A stretch of DNA of 53,473 bases from Candidatus Nanopelagicales bacterium (GTDB lineage: Bacteria > Actinomycetota > Actinomycetes > S36-B12), in NCBI GenBank assembly GCA_044345075.1, contig JBIJBU010000002.1, positions 1 through 53,473 of the forward strand. The letters run 5' to 3'. Of the stretch, positions 7,050 through 16,498 are shown one piece after another. The translations under genes and the position numbers were made by a program. The stretch's first letter is position 1, and each line of letters opens with the position of its first letter. Under the pieces are notes generated by a model. The model was not told the origin of the DNA. It saw only the letters and a list, made by a program, of their open reading frames with translations, and did no database searches.

Positions 7050-8222
7050 ATGAAGGATCAACAGATGACCATCGTTCCCATCACATCGTCTGGCCTGGAA
7101 GCCGCCGAAGTCTCCTGGTATGCGCCCATTTGCTCCTGTGACTACGCGTACCTCGGGGTGCCCGATGACGAGCTTCGGTCCAGCTGGGAGAACGGCTCAA
7201 GGATCGTCAAGCGCGCGGAGTCATACGGTTTTCGCAACATCCTGTGCCCCTCCTCCTATGACGTGGGGCAAGACACCCTGACCTTCGTGGCGGCCTGTGC
7301 ACCGCTCACCGAGCGGATCAACTTCCTTGCTGCCGTGCGATGCGGCGAGCTGCATCCGATCATGCTTGCACGCACGATTGCCTCTCTCGACCACATGCTG
7401 AAGGGGCGCCTGACCCTCAATGTCATCAGCTCGGATTTCCCCGGCGAAGAGGCCCCCTCCTCCTTCCGCTACAAGCGCAGTCACGAAGTAGTCGAAATCC
7501 TCCGCCAGGCCTGGACGCGAGACACCATTGACTTCACAGGCGAGATATACAACTTCACAGGGCTCTCCACCGAACCCGCCAAGCCGTATCAGACCAACGG
7601 AGGCCCCCTGCTTTACTTTGGTGGCTACTCACCGGATGCACTTGAGCTCTGCGGAAAGCAGTGCGACGTCTACCTGATGTGGCCTGAGCCGGAAGAGATC
7701 CTTGCCCAACGCATGCGGGACGTGAACGCCCATGCCCACGCTCATGGGCGCACACTCGACTACGGCCTGCGAGTGCACGTGATCGTGCGAGACACTGAGG
7801 CGGAGGCCAAGGATTACGCTGAGCATCTGGTCAGCAAGCTGGATGACGAATACGGCCGACTGATCCGCCAACGCACCCAAGATGGTGCCAGCCTGGGCAA
7901 CGCTCACCAGTCGAGAGCCCGCGAACTTGCCGACCAGTTCGGCTATGTCGAACCCCACATGTGGACGGGAATCGGGCGAGCCCGCCCGGGCTGCGGCGCT
8001 GCTCTCGTCGGTTCGGTAGACCAGGTTCTTTCCAAGATCGAGGGCTACCAGAAGATGGGAATCAGGGCATTCATCTTCTCCGGCTACCCACACCTCGATG
8101 AAGCAGATCATTTCGGCACCAAGGTGCTACCGCACTTGGAGACTTGCTCCTTGCCGCACGTCTACGGCCGCGTGCCAAGCGAAACGCCCGCGACGCCTCT
8201 GGGGAACGGCGCAAGGCTGTAG
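7050..8222 (+). CDS. LLM-class FMNH2-dependent monooxygenase, alkanesulfonate monooxygenase (SsuD) family
   Basis: Collinear with E. coli SsuD as I recall it: WYAPICSCDYAYLG (cf FWFLPTHGDGHYLG), LNVISSD, PLLYFGGYS, DVYLMWPEP, GLRVHVIVRDTEAEA, WTGIGRARPGCGAALVG, IRAFIFSGYPHLDEA. Start is ATG 7050; ATG 7065 is an alternative. Confidence 0.8.
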   Translation: MKDQQMTIVPITSSGLEAAEVSWYAPICSCDYAYLGVPDDELRSSWENGSRIVKRAESYGFRNILCPSSYDVGQDTLTFVAACAPLTERINFLAAVRCGELHPIMLARTIASLDHMLKGRLTLNVISSDFPGEEAPSSFRYKRSHEVVEILRQAWTRDTIDFTGEIYNFTGLSTEPAKPYQTNGGPLLYFGGYSPDALELCGKQCDVYLMWPEPEEILAQRMRDVNAHAHAHGRTLDYGLRVHVIVRDTEAEAKDYAEHLVSKLDDEYGRLIRQRTQDGASLGNAHQSRARELADQFGYVEPHMWTGIGRARPGCGAALVGSVDQVLSKIEGYQKMGIRAFIFSGYPHLDEADHFGTKVLPHLETCSLPHVYGRVPSETPATPLGNGARL

Positions 8223-8296
8223 CGATCACTTCAGTGTTGGACGATGAGCCGCTCCTCGCAGAGATCATCGCTGATCGGGTACGAGCTACGCGTTAA
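8222..8296 (+). pseudogene. relic of cbiX 3' end (last about 24 codons)
   Basis: The frame reads AITSVLDDEPLLAEIIADRVRATR*. Intact CbiX ends AISSVLGDEPLLAEIIADRVLATR*. No upstream CbiX coding sequence is attached to it. Confidence 0.65.
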
Positions 8297-8448
8297 GCAC
8301 CTTCGCGACCGCTGCGGCGACATCAGGTGCCCCAGGCGAAGCGGCGACAGCCGCCACCACGATTCCGAGTTCGCGTGCCGCATCCGCGGTGGTGCTTCCG
8401 GCACAGATCACTGGGATGCTCTCAGGTACGGCCACGAAGTGAACCAGC
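8222..8448. repeat. direct repeat copy B (degraded cbiX 3' end + intact hemD 3' end)
   Basis: See copy A. It begins immediately after the SsuD-like stop codon (8220-8222). Confidence 0.75.
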
Positions 8449-9044
8449 GCGCGAGCTGCACTTGGCGAACGCAAGACGATTGCCGAGAGCTCACCGCGTC
8501 GAACAAGCTCCACGCTCATCGGCTCTTGAGTGACCGTGGAGGTCTCATAGACGACGACCTGGGCCAGATGCCAACCGAGCTGTCGAAGTCCATCGGGCAG
8601 AGTGTCGAGGGCCAGGTTGCCGCACGGGAACATGGCTCGGGCCGGCGGAAGATCAGCGAGTTCTTCCACGAGCGCCTTCGCCGAGGAGACCATCGGCACC
8701 ATCACCTGAGGGAAGCCGAGCTCGCGAAGGGTTCGAGCGGTGCGATCACCTGTCGCTGCGGCATGAACGCCACGCGACACTGCCGCAGAGATCGCTTCGC
8801 GCAGTACCTGCTCACCCACGAGTTCGATCAAGGCCGGAATCGTCATCGGCGAGGTCGTGATGAACCAGGTCTGCTCATCGGCACGCTCACGCAATTGCTC
8901 GATGAGCATGTGGGCCATCGTCGAGTCGCCTACCGGGACAATGCGCACGTATGGATCATCGATGGAGTCGAGGCCGAGAGCAGTGAGGCTCTCTGCGTCG
9001 GTGTCATTGCCCTCCGAGCGGATGAGTAGAACGGGGAAGGTCAC
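8286..9044 (-). CDS. hemD: uroporphyrinogen-III synthase
   Basis: 252-aa two-lobed HEM4-like sequence (VLLIRSEGNDTDAESLTALGLDSI..., IVLRSPSAARALV). The GTG start overlaps the hemC stop (GTGA). Confidence 0.8.
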   Translation of the reverse strand: MTFPVLLIRSEGNDTDAESLTALGLDSIDDPYVRIVPVGDSTMAHMLIEQLRERADEQTWFITTSPMTIPALIELVGEQVLREAISAAVSRGVHAAATGDRTARTLRELGFPQVMVPMVSSAKALVEELADLPPARAMFPCGNLALDTLPDGLRQLGWHLAQVVVYETSTVTQEPMSVELVRRGELSAIVLRSPSAARALVHFVAVPESIPVICAGSTTADAARELGIVVAAVAASPGAPDVAAAVAKVLNA

Positions 9045-9955
9045 GACAGCTCGGCATTCAAGTCGGCAGAAGAGCGCCCCATCAGGGCTGCTGCGGCAAC
9101 GAGACCGAGTGCGTGCGCATCGGCTTTGTCCTTGACCATGCCACTGACGCTCAGTCGTTCGTACTCAACACCGCGGTGATCGGCGAGCTCGGCGACGAGG
9201 GTCAGTTCGCCCTTCTTGTCGATCTCCGCGTAGGCGCCCACGGCCGTCGTGCACTCAGCTTCGACACCGATGAGAACAGCGCGCTCCGCCGCTGACCGCA
9301 GCATCGATTGCTTGTGGTTGAGTGCCTTGAGCTGGTCCATGAGATCACGATCCCCTTGGCGGCATTCGATCGCGAGGGCTCCTTGCGCCGGGGCGGGAAC
9401 CAGTTGATCGACGGTGAGGATCTGTGCAGCTTCCTTCTCACGACCGATGCGCTTCATTCCGGCAATGGCCAAGATGGTCGCGTCGTACTGACCCTCGCGC
9501 ACCTTGCGAATTCGAGTATCGACGTTGCCGCGAATGGGCTCGATACGCAGATCAGGCCGCAGGGCGAGCATGCGCTGCGCCCGTCGCGGTGAACTCGTGC
9601 CGAGCACGGCACCCTCAGGAAGCTGGTCGAGCTTCAGGTTGCCCTTCGACACGAGGGCATCACGCGCGTCCTCGCGTTCGGGAACTGCAGCAAGATGAAT
9701 ACCGATGGCCGGTGCACTTGGGAGATCCTTGTAGGAGTGGACGATGACATCGACCTCGCCTGCCAGCAGCGCCGCGCGCAAGGCTGAGACGAAGACGCCA
9801 GGCTGACCGGGCTGGCTCAGCGGAACACTGGTGTCGTCACCGGCCGTGGTGATAAGGATTTCCTGCCACTCGCCGCCCGTGGCCTTAGCCCAGGCATCTC
9901 CGACCGTTGCTGACTGAGTGCGCGCCAGCAAGCTCGCGCGAGTGCCCAGGCGCAT
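9041..9955 (-). CDS. hemC: hydroxymethylbilane synthase (porphobilinogen deaminase)
   Basis: MRLGTRASLLARTQS..., VHSYKDLP, RGNVDTRIRK, and a cofactor-cysteine region (EAECTTAVGAYA). Start trimmed from the 441-aa track ORF, whose N-terminus overlaps hemA in another frame. Confidence 0.9.
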   Translation of the reverse strand: MRLGTRASLLARTQSATVGDAWAKATGGEWQEILITTAGDDTSVPLSQPGQPGVFVSALRAALLAGEVDVIVHSYKDLPSAPAIGIHLAAVPEREDARDALVSKGNLKLDQLPEGAVLGTSSPRRAQRMLALRPDLRIEPIRGNVDTRIRKVREGQYDATILAIAGMKRIGREKEAAQILTVDQLVPAPAQGALAIECRQGDRDLMDQLKALNHKQSMLRSAAERAVLIGVEAECTTAVGAYAEIDKKGELTLVAELADHRGVEYERLSVSGMVKDKADAHALGLVAAAALMGRSSADLNAELS

Positions 9956-9962
9956 CGGTGCG

Positions 9963-11210
9963 CTACTTCGCGGCCGTGGTGTCGAAGTCGATGCCGAACA
10001 ACGTGTGCATCGCGCGGCGATAGTCATCGATGTCGCCGGTCCGTGCGAGCTCTTGGGCACGAACTGACGGGGTATGCAGAAGTGCATTCGATACTCGGTG
10101 GAGGGATCGTGCGACTTCGTCGGCGGTGTCATCACCCAGACGGCCACGCGTGCGCTCGATCTCCTCGTTGATGATGCTGCTGACGTAGGCACGCATGGCG
10201 ACAACCGCCGGGTCAGCGGCACGCCCGGTCTCGGCGCGCTCGAAGCACTCGACCGCACCGCGAACGATTTCCTGGGCCTCCAGCACCGCCGACGAATGTT
10301 CACGAGGCGCGAAGACGCGGATGACCTCGAGGTCGATGACATCAACGTCAGCGCGGAGGCGCACATCGGGGGCCACGTCAGGAGAGAGCGCTAGGTCGAT
10401 GACAGGGAGGACAGAGTCAGCGGCACCTCGCGCATCGATCAGGGCTGAATCGATGATGTGATGGGGCGCCCCGCTGCAGGCCGCGACCAGATCGACTTTT
10501 GCGATCGCCTCACCGAGCTGTTCGTCGGTGATCGCCGTGATGTCGTGAGACGACGCGAACTTGGTCGCCCGCCCGGAGGAGGAGTACACGTAGATCTCCT
10601 CAACACCACGCTTAGCTAACGCCGCAGTCACGACACGCGCATAGGAGCCGGTACCGAGAACTAGTGCCGAGCGACCGGCGAGAACACCGTGACGCTCCTC
10701 TGCGACATCGAGTCCGACGGTCACGATTGAGCGGCCTGCGGCTCCGAGGCCGGTCATGTTCGTGACGGCCTTCGATGTCGCGAGTGCGCGCTGCATCATG
10801 CGCTCGAGGGTCGGGCTCGTGGTCGCAGCCACCTGAGCGGCGGCGAGGGCTGCTTTCACCTGGCCGGCGACCTCATCCTCACCGACCACCATCGACTCCA
10901 GGCCCGAGGCAACGGAGAACAGGTGCTGTGCAACTGACGTACCCATGGACACGCGCATGGACTCCACGACCTCGGCATGCTCAACGCCTGCATGCCGGGC
11001 AATCTCACGAGTAGTGAGATCGATGGCCTGATGGAAGTGATCGAGATCGAGGTAGACCTCGAAGCGATTGCAGGTCGACAGCACCAGGGCGCCATTGACC
11101 CCTTCGTGAGCGGTCAGGGCGGGGGCAAGGGCATCGCCGGCGTGGCTGAGGCGCTCGATCTCCTCCAGGGATGCGTCGTGATGGCTTGCACCAACGAGCA
11201 CCAGGACCAT
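9963..11210 (-). CDS. hemA: glutamyl-tRNA reductase
   Basis: MVLVLVGASHHDASLEEIE..., the catalytic LSTCNRFEVY and the NADPH site LVLGTGSYA. ATG 11246 (MWVFVLGRTIPL...) is an alternative start. Confidence 0.85.
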   Translation of the reverse strand: MVLVLVGASHHDASLEEIERLSHAGDALAPALTAHEGVNGALVLSTCNRFEVYLDLDHFHQAIDLTTREIARHAGVEHAEVVESMRVSMGTSVAQHLFSVASGLESMVVGEDEVAGQVKAALAAAQVAATTSPTLERMMQRALATSKAVTNMTGLGAAGRSIVTVGLDVAEERHGVLAGRSALVLGTGSYARVVTAALAKRGVEEIYVYSSSGRATKFASSHDITAITDEQLGEAIAKVDLVAACSGAPHHIIDSALIDARGAADSVLPVIDLALSPDVAPDVRLRADVDVIDLEVIRVFAPREHSSAVLEAQEIVRGAVECFERAETGRAADPAVVAMRAYVSSIINEEIERTRGRLGDDTADEVARSLHRVSNALLHTPSVRAQELARTGDIDDYRRAMHTLFGIDFDTTAAK

Positions 11211-11233
11211 GAGGGGAATCGTACGCCCGAGAA

Positions 11234-11251
11234 CGAACACCCACATGTTCG
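11234..11251. promoter_or_regulatory. palindrome in the hemA/hemE divergent control region
   Basis: CGAACA-N6-TGTTCG lies in the 54-bp spacer between hemA (11210) and hemE (11265). Confidence 0.25.
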
Positions 11252-11264
11252 GTAGGTTGTCTAT

Positions 11265-12335
11265 ATGACCCAGGCCACCCTCCTGCCCGCTCAGCACCCG
11301 CTGAGCGCACGCGGAACGGCCGATTCCGCGCTCATTCGGGCCTACCGAGGCGAGCGGCCTGCCACTCGCCCGATCTGGATGATGCGCCAGGCAGGCCGTT
11401 CCCTGCCCGAGTACCGCGCCCTGCGTGAGGGCGTCGCAATGCTGGATTCGTGCCTGCGGCCCGACATGGCAGCAGAGATCACCCTGCAGCCGGTGCGCCG
11501 CCACAAGGTCGATGCCGCCATCTTCTTCAGCGACATCGTGGTTCCCCTCAAGCTCGCCGGGGTCGACGTCGAGATCGCTGCCGGAGTCGGCCCGGTGATG
11601 GGAACTCCAGTCCGCAGTCGCGCCGAACTCGCTGCCCTTCCCGAACTCGATGAGGCCTCCCTCGCTCCGATCGCTGAGGCCATCGGAATCGTCACCGATG
11701 AACTGGGCGCGACTCCTCTCATCGGATTCTGCGGCGCTCCCTTCACTCTTGCGTCCTACCTGATCGAGGGACGACCATCACGCGAGTACGCCTACACGAA
11801 GGCAATGATGCGTGCGGATCCCGACCTGTGGAACGACCTGCTGTCCTGGGTTGCTCGCACTACCGGCACCTTCCTGCGCGGCCAAGTGATGGCGGGCGCG
11901 AGTGCGGTGCAGCTCTTCGACTCCTGGGCCGGTGCACTTACCCCAGATGAGTACGTCGCCTACGCGCGACCGTACTCGGCTGCGGTTCTCGACCAGGTCA
12001 GCGATCTGCCGGTTCCGCGCGTGCACTTCGGCACGCGCACGCAGAATCTTCTCGTCGCCATGCGCGATGCGGGCGCGACCGTGATGGGCGTCGATCAGCA
12101 CACGCCCCTCGATCTGGCCAACACACTTCTGGGTGGCATGACGCCACTGCAGGGAAATATTGATCCCGATTTGCTCGATGCACCCTGGTCGATCCTGTCG
12201 GCGCATGTTCTCGACGTCATCGAGCGCGGTAAGGCCGCACCGGGACACGTCGTCAATCTCGGACACGGAGTCCCGCCCGAGACCGACCCGGATGTCCTCA
12301 CCCGGATAGTGGAATTGGTGCACAGCACATCGTGA
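11265..12335 (+). CDS. hemE: uroporphyrinogen decarboxylase
   Basis: RPIWMMRQAGRSLPEYR signature, FSDIVVPL and the full-length URO-D layout. Confidence 0.92.
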   Translation: MTQATLLPAQHPLSARGTADSALIRAYRGERPATRPIWMMRQAGRSLPEYRALREGVAMLDSCLRPDMAAEITLQPVRRHKVDAAIFFSDIVVPLKLAGVDVEIAAGVGPVMGTPVRSRAELAALPELDEASLAPIAEAIGIVTDELGATPLIGFCGAPFTLASYLIEGRPSREYAYTKAMMRADPDLWNDLLSWVARTTGTFLRGQVMAGASAVQLFDSWAGALTPDEYVAYARPYSAAVLDQVSDLPVPRVHFGTRTQNLLVAMRDAGATVMGVDQHTPLDLANTLLGGMTPLQGNIDPDLLDAPWSILSAHVLDVIERGKAAPGHVVNLGHGVPPETDPDVLTRIVELVHSTS

Positions 12336-13693
12336 ATGCCATCGTCATCGGAGGCGGACTCTCGGGTCTCCTCGCCGCCCGCGAGCTAGCTCGCCGCGGA
12401 ATGCAGGTCACCCTTTTCGAATCCGCACGCACGTTCGGCGGTGCCATTGCCGGCGCAGAGCTGGGCGGATTTACGAGTGACATCGGTGCAGAAGCCTTCG
12501 CAATCACTCGCCCCGAGGCACTCGAACTGATTGCCGAACTCGGTTTGACCGATGAGATCATCGCGCCCGCTCGCAGTGACGCGCATTTGTGGAGCGAGTC
12601 AGGCATTGCCGAGTTGCCGCGCAGCCTGATGGGCATCCCGTGCGACCTCTCCGATCCCGCCGTGGCGAAGATCCTCAGCGCCAAGGAAATCGAGACCGCC
12701 CAGAAGCTCGATGCCAAGGACTTCCCCTCGGATCTCGATCCGCAGATCACCCTGGGCGAACTCGTGAGACTTCGCATGGGTGAGGCTGTTGTCCGACGTA
12801 TCCTGACTCCCGTCGTCGCCGGCGTGCACGCCGTCGACCCTGATCTCGTCGAGGCCGAAGCGATCATTCCCGGTTTGCTTGCGCGCAGTCGCGAGACCGG
12901 AAGTCTTGCCGGAGCCGCTGATTCCTTCCGTTCGGCTTCGGGCGCACCCGGGTCTGCGATCAACGGGCTTCGCGGCGGCATGACCACCCTGATCAACGCG
13001 CTCGTCGCCAGTCTTGATGGCGTCAACGTGAAGTCGAACCGCACTGTCACCGCGGTGCGCAAGTCGAAGACCGGCTGGATCGTTGAAACCGCCGATGTCT
13101 CACTGCGTACCGACAATGTCGTGCTCGCCCTCTCCGCTCCCGCGGCACGTCGCGTGCTTCGTGGCCAAGATCGCATCAACGCGGCACTCGAGAAGTTCAG
13201 CGTCGGTGACGTCGCCGTCGTTTCGCTCGTCGTACAAAGTGCCAAGCTTGATAAGGCACCTGTCGGCTCTGGCGTGCTCGTCGACCCCGATCAGACCGCC
13301 GTACGGGCGAAGGCTCTCACTCATGCATCAGCCAAGTGGGACTGGATCAAGGACACCTTCGGCCCGGGTACCCACCTCATTCGCCTGTCTTATGGGCGCA
13401 ATGGCGTGATCGAGGAATCCCTCGACGAACTGCCCGAGCAGGCACGTCGCGATGCCGAGCGCATTCTCGGCGTGAAGCTGCCCAAGGTGACCGACGTCAA
13501 GGTCACGCGCTGGGCCGATTCCCTCGTGCACCAGCGTGTCGGGCACCGCCAGAACGTCCAGGCCTTGCAGGAGGCCGTTGCGGCCCAAGACGGCCTGGCC
13601 ATCATCGGCGCAGGCATCGGCGGCAATGGCATTGCCGGTTCGATCGCCTACTCCCGCACCCTCGGTGACCAGTTGGGCGTCAACGCCGACTAG
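12332..13693 (+). CDS. hemY: coproporphyrinogen III oxidase / protoporphyrinogen oxidase family (HemY/CgoX)
   Basis: FAD motif VIGGGLSGLLAARELARRG and the C-terminal GAGIGGNGIAGSI. GTG overlaps the hemE stop (GTGA). Confidence 0.85.
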   Translation: MNAIVIGGGLSGLLAARELARRGMQVTLFESARTFGGAIAGAELGGFTSDIGAEAFAITRPEALELIAELGLTDEIIAPARSDAHLWSESGIAELPRSLMGIPCDLSDPAVAKILSAKEIETAQKLDAKDFPSDLDPQITLGELVRLRMGEAVVRRILTPVVAGVHAVDPDLVEAEAIIPGLLARSRETGSLAGAADSFRSASGAPGSAINGLRGGMTTLINALVASLDGVNVKSNRTVTAVRKSKTGWIVETADVSLRTDNVVLALSAPAARRVLRGQDRINAALEKFSVGDVAVVSLVVQSAKLDKAPVGSGVLVDPDQTAVRAKALTHASAKWDWIKDTFGPGTHLIRLSYGRNGVIEESLDELPEQARRDAERILGVKLPKVTDVKVTRWADSLVHQRVGHRQNVQALQEAVAAQDGLAIIGAGIGGNGIAGSIAYSRTLGDQLGVNAD

Positions 13694-13706
13694 GTGAAAG
13701 ACTGGG

Positions 13707-14408
13707 GTGGTGTCGACAGATGAACGCTCCAAGGTGTCCGCTCGTGAGATCAACGAGACCATTCGCTACACGTGCTGGGCGATCTTTGCCCGCACGGGCA
13801 TCGAGCCGCCTCCCGGCGCAACAGCCGAACTCGAAGCGGTCGTAGCAAAACTGGCCAAGGACGATGTCATCGTCCGCGGTTTTTATGACGTCTCAGCCAT
13901 GCGTGCCGATGCCGATCTCATGATCTGGCTGCACGCTCCGACCGCCGAGCAGGTGCAGGCCGCTGTGCGCGAGATTCGCCGCACCAGCCTCGCGGACAGC
14001 ATGGAGCTCGAGTTCTCGACCATGGGCATCCATCGCCCGGCCGAATTCAACAAGGGTCACGTGCCTGCCTTCATGGCCGGCGTCGAGGCGTGCGAATGGG
14101 TCTGCATGTACCCGTTCGTACGTTCCTACGACTGGTATCTGATTCCGGAAGAGGAGCGTCGCGCGATGCTCGTCGAGCACGGGATGATGGGACGCGACTA
14201 CACGATGATCAAGTCGAACACTGTTGCAGCCTTCGCACTCGGCGATTACGAATGGGTACTCGCACTCGAGTCACCTGAACTGCACGAGATCGTCGACATG
14301 ATGCGGCAACTGCGCAGCTCACAGGCTCGTCGTCATGTGCGCGAGGAGATTCCGTTCTACACGGGTCGACTCATCGATGCCGCGACTGCAGTAGACATCC
14401 TGCGATGA
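13707..14408 (+). CDS. hemQ: coproheme decarboxylase (HemQ/ChdC, chlorite-dismutase family)
   Basis: 233 aa, with INETIRYTCWAIFA, YPFVRSYDWYL and EEIPFYTGR. It sits between hemY and hemH. Confidence 0.85.
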   Translation: MVSTDERSKVSAREINETIRYTCWAIFARTGIEPPPGATAELEAVVAKLAKDDVIVRGFYDVSAMRADADLMIWLHAPTAEQVQAAVREIRRTSLADSMELEFSTMGIHRPAEFNKGHVPAFMAGVEACEWVCMYPFVRSYDWYLIPEEERRAMLVEHGMMGRDYTMIKSNTVAAFALGDYEWVLALESPELHEIVDMMRQLRSSQARRHVREEIPFYTGRLIDAATAVDILR

Positions 14409-15478
14409 CCTACACGGCCCTTCTCCTTTCCTCCTTCGGTGGCCCGGAGGGGCCTGATGAGGTCATGCCCTTCCTCGAGCGAGTGACCGCTGGCCGCGGA
14501 GTTCCGCGCGAGCGCCTCGAAGAGGTCTCGCATCATTACCTCGCCCTCGGTGGCGTGAGCCCGATCAACACGCAGAACCGAGAGCTGATCGCTGCGCTTG
14601 AGGCAGAGTTGGCCCGCCGGAACATCGACCTGCCCGTCTACTGGGGCAATCGCAACTCGGAGCCGTTCTTCGACGGTGCGCTGCAGCAACTGCATGCTGA
14701 CGGGCATCGCGAGGTACTCGCACTGGCCACCAGCGCTTACTCGTCGTACTCCGGCTGCCGCCAGTATCGCGAGGACATCGGCATGGCCCTCGAAGCCACG
14801 GGCTTGAGCGACCTCATCGTGCGCAAGATCCGCTCCTACTTCGACCTGCCCGGCTTCATCGACTCATTCGCCGAAGGCGTCGCCGCTGCGCTTGATCGAC
14901 TCGCAGAGCAGGGCATCGATCCGTCCTCCACCGCGATCTTCTTCACCACTCACTCTGTTCCTATGTCGATGAGCCAGACCTCCGGCCCCATCGAGCTGCG
15001 CGGCGAGGGCGACGAAAACCTCGGCATCTACCCGCAGCAGCACGTTCTCGCCATCGAGCAGGTCATTGCGAAGGTGCAGGCCATGCGATCGGGTCTGGTG
15101 CCGGATTGGGCTCTCGTCTACCAATCGCGCAGTGGCCCGCCCACGATGCCGTGGCTTGAGCCCGATATCAATGACGCGATTCGCGACGCCGCCGCAACGG
15201 GCACCACCGCCGTGGTCGTCGTGCCGATCGGGTTCGTCAGCGATCACGTCGAGGTGATCTGGGATCTCGATCACGAGGCCCTGGAGACCGCGACTGAGCT
15301 GGGCCTGGCCTTCGAACGCGTCTCCACCCCGGGCACCGACCCTCGTTTCGTGGCGTCCCTGGTCGATCGTGTCGAGGAATCCCTGCATGGCTCCGTGCCC
15401 GAGTACTGGAAGCCGTTCTGCTCAGAGACCTGCTGCCCTAATGCCAGAGCCGAGCGGCCCGTCATCTCAGGCACCTAG
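14405..15478 (+). CDS. hemH: (copro)porphyrin ferrochelatase
   Basis: [47 protein letters not shown], and a C-terminal Cys cluster (FCSETCCPN). ATG overlaps the hemQ stop (ATGA). Confidence 0.9.
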   Translation: MTYTALLLSSFGGPEGPDEVMPFLERVTAGRGVPRERLEEVSHHYLALGGVSPINTQNRELIAALEAELARRNIDLPVYWGNRNSEPFFDGALQQLHADGHREVLALATSAYSSYSGCRQYREDIGMALEATGLSDLIVRKIRSYFDLPGFIDSFAEGVAAALDRLAEQGIDPSSTAIFFTTHSVPMSMSQTSGPIELRGEGDENLGIYPQQHVLAIEQVIAKVQAMRSGLVPDWALVYQSRSGPPTMPWLEPDINDAIRDAAATGTTAVVVVPIGFVSDHVEVIWDLDHEALETATELGLAFERVSTPGTDPRFVASLVDRVEESLHGSVPEYWKPFCSETCCPNARAERPVISGT

Positions 15479-15488
15479 ACTTGCGCGC

Positions 15489-16481
15489 ATGAGCAACCCC
15501 GTCGATCGCTTTGATCTCGTCGAGCGTCCCCGCCGCCTGCGTCGCACCGCCGCGATTCGTCGGCTCGTGCAGGAGAACCGCCTCTCAGCCGCTGATCTCG
15601 TGCTACCGGTGTTCGTGCGCGAAGGCGCCACTGAGCCGATCGCCATCGGCTCGATGCCTGGAGTCGTGCAGCACTCGCGAGATTCGCTCATGCGTGCAGC
15701 AACCGAAGCCGCTGAGGCAGGCGTCGGCGGCATCATGATCTTCGGCGTTCCGAAGGAACGCGATGCGTGCGGCGATGTCGCTATCGCAAGCGACAGCATT
15801 CTCGCCGAGGCCGTGCGCTGGACCAAGCAGGCCACCGGAGACTCGCTCCCCGTCATCGCCGACCTCTGCCTCGATGAGTTCACCTCCCACGGTCACTGCG
15901 GAGTACTCGACGCGCAGGGCAATGTCGACAATGACGCCACCCTCGCCGTGTACCAGCAGATGGGCATCACCCTCGCCGAAGCCGGCAGCGACATCCTCGG
16001 TCTGAGCGGGATGATGGACGGCCAGGTTGGCGCCGTCCGCGAAGCACTCGATGACGCAGGCCATTTCGACACCGCGATCTTGGCTTACGCCGCCAAGTAC
16101 GCCTCCGCGTTCTACGGCCCCTTCCGCGACGCAGTCGAATCGGCACTGCAGGGCGATCGCAAGACCTACCAGCAAGATCCCGCGAACGGTATTGAGTCAC
16201 TTCGCGAGGTTCGCCTCGACATTGCCGAGGGCGCCGACATCGTGATGGTTAAGCCAGCACTCCCCTACCTCGACATCCTGGCCCGCACCGCTGACGCCGT
16301 CGATGTTCCCGTTGCGGCCTACATCGTCTCGGGCGAATACGCGATGATCGAAGCCGCAGCAGCCGCGGGCATGATCGATCGTGAGCGCGCGATCCTCGAG
16401 GCTCACATGAGCGTGAAGCGCGCAGGCGCCAGCGTGATCTGCACCTACTGGGCAACTGAGGTTGCCCGACTCATCAAGTAA
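15489..16481 (+). CDS. hemB: porphobilinogen synthase (delta-aminolevulinate dehydratase)
   Basis: [24 protein letters not shown], the Schiff-base lysine context [12 protein letters not shown], and YIVSGEYAM. Start trimmed to ATG 15489. Confidence 0.92.
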   Translation: MSNPVDRFDLVERPRRLRRTAAIRRLVQENRLSAADLVLPVFVREGATEPIAIGSMPGVVQHSRDSLMRAATEAAEAGVGGIMIFGVPKERDACGDVAIASDSILAEAVRWTKQATGDSLPVIADLCLDEFTSHGHCGVLDAQGNVDNDATLAVYQQMGITLAEAGSDILGLSGMMDGQVGAVREALDDAGHFDTAILAYAAKYASAFYGPFRDAVESALQGDRKTYQQDPANGIESLREVRLDIAEGADIVMVKPALPYLDILARTADAVDVPVAAYIVSGEYAMIEAAAAAGMIDRERAILEAHMSVKRAGASVICTYWATEVARLIK

Positions 16482-16498
16482 CGACAGAGGGAAGCACC

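Noticed and set aside
9956-11504. Long N-terminal extensions of the hemC (to 10366) and hemA (to 11504) track ORFs
   Set aside because: The extensions overlap the upstream gene or the divergent hemE in other frames and are low-complexity. Family-typical N-termini (MRLGTRAS..., MVLVLVGASH...) start at internal ATGs. The same logic was applied to sirA, hemB, the CBS protein, OCD, YcnI and others.
12298-13245. 315-aa minus-strand ORF
   Set aside because: It is antisense to hemY, which has clear FAD-oxidase motifs. The composition (Ser/Ala/Arg/Pro) is typical of high-GC shadow frames.
15400-15478. C-terminal Cys cluster of ferrochelatase (FCSETCCPN) as something new
   Set aside because: A C-terminal [2Fe-2S]-binding cysteine cluster is a known feature of actinobacterial ferrochelatases. 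It is ordinary.
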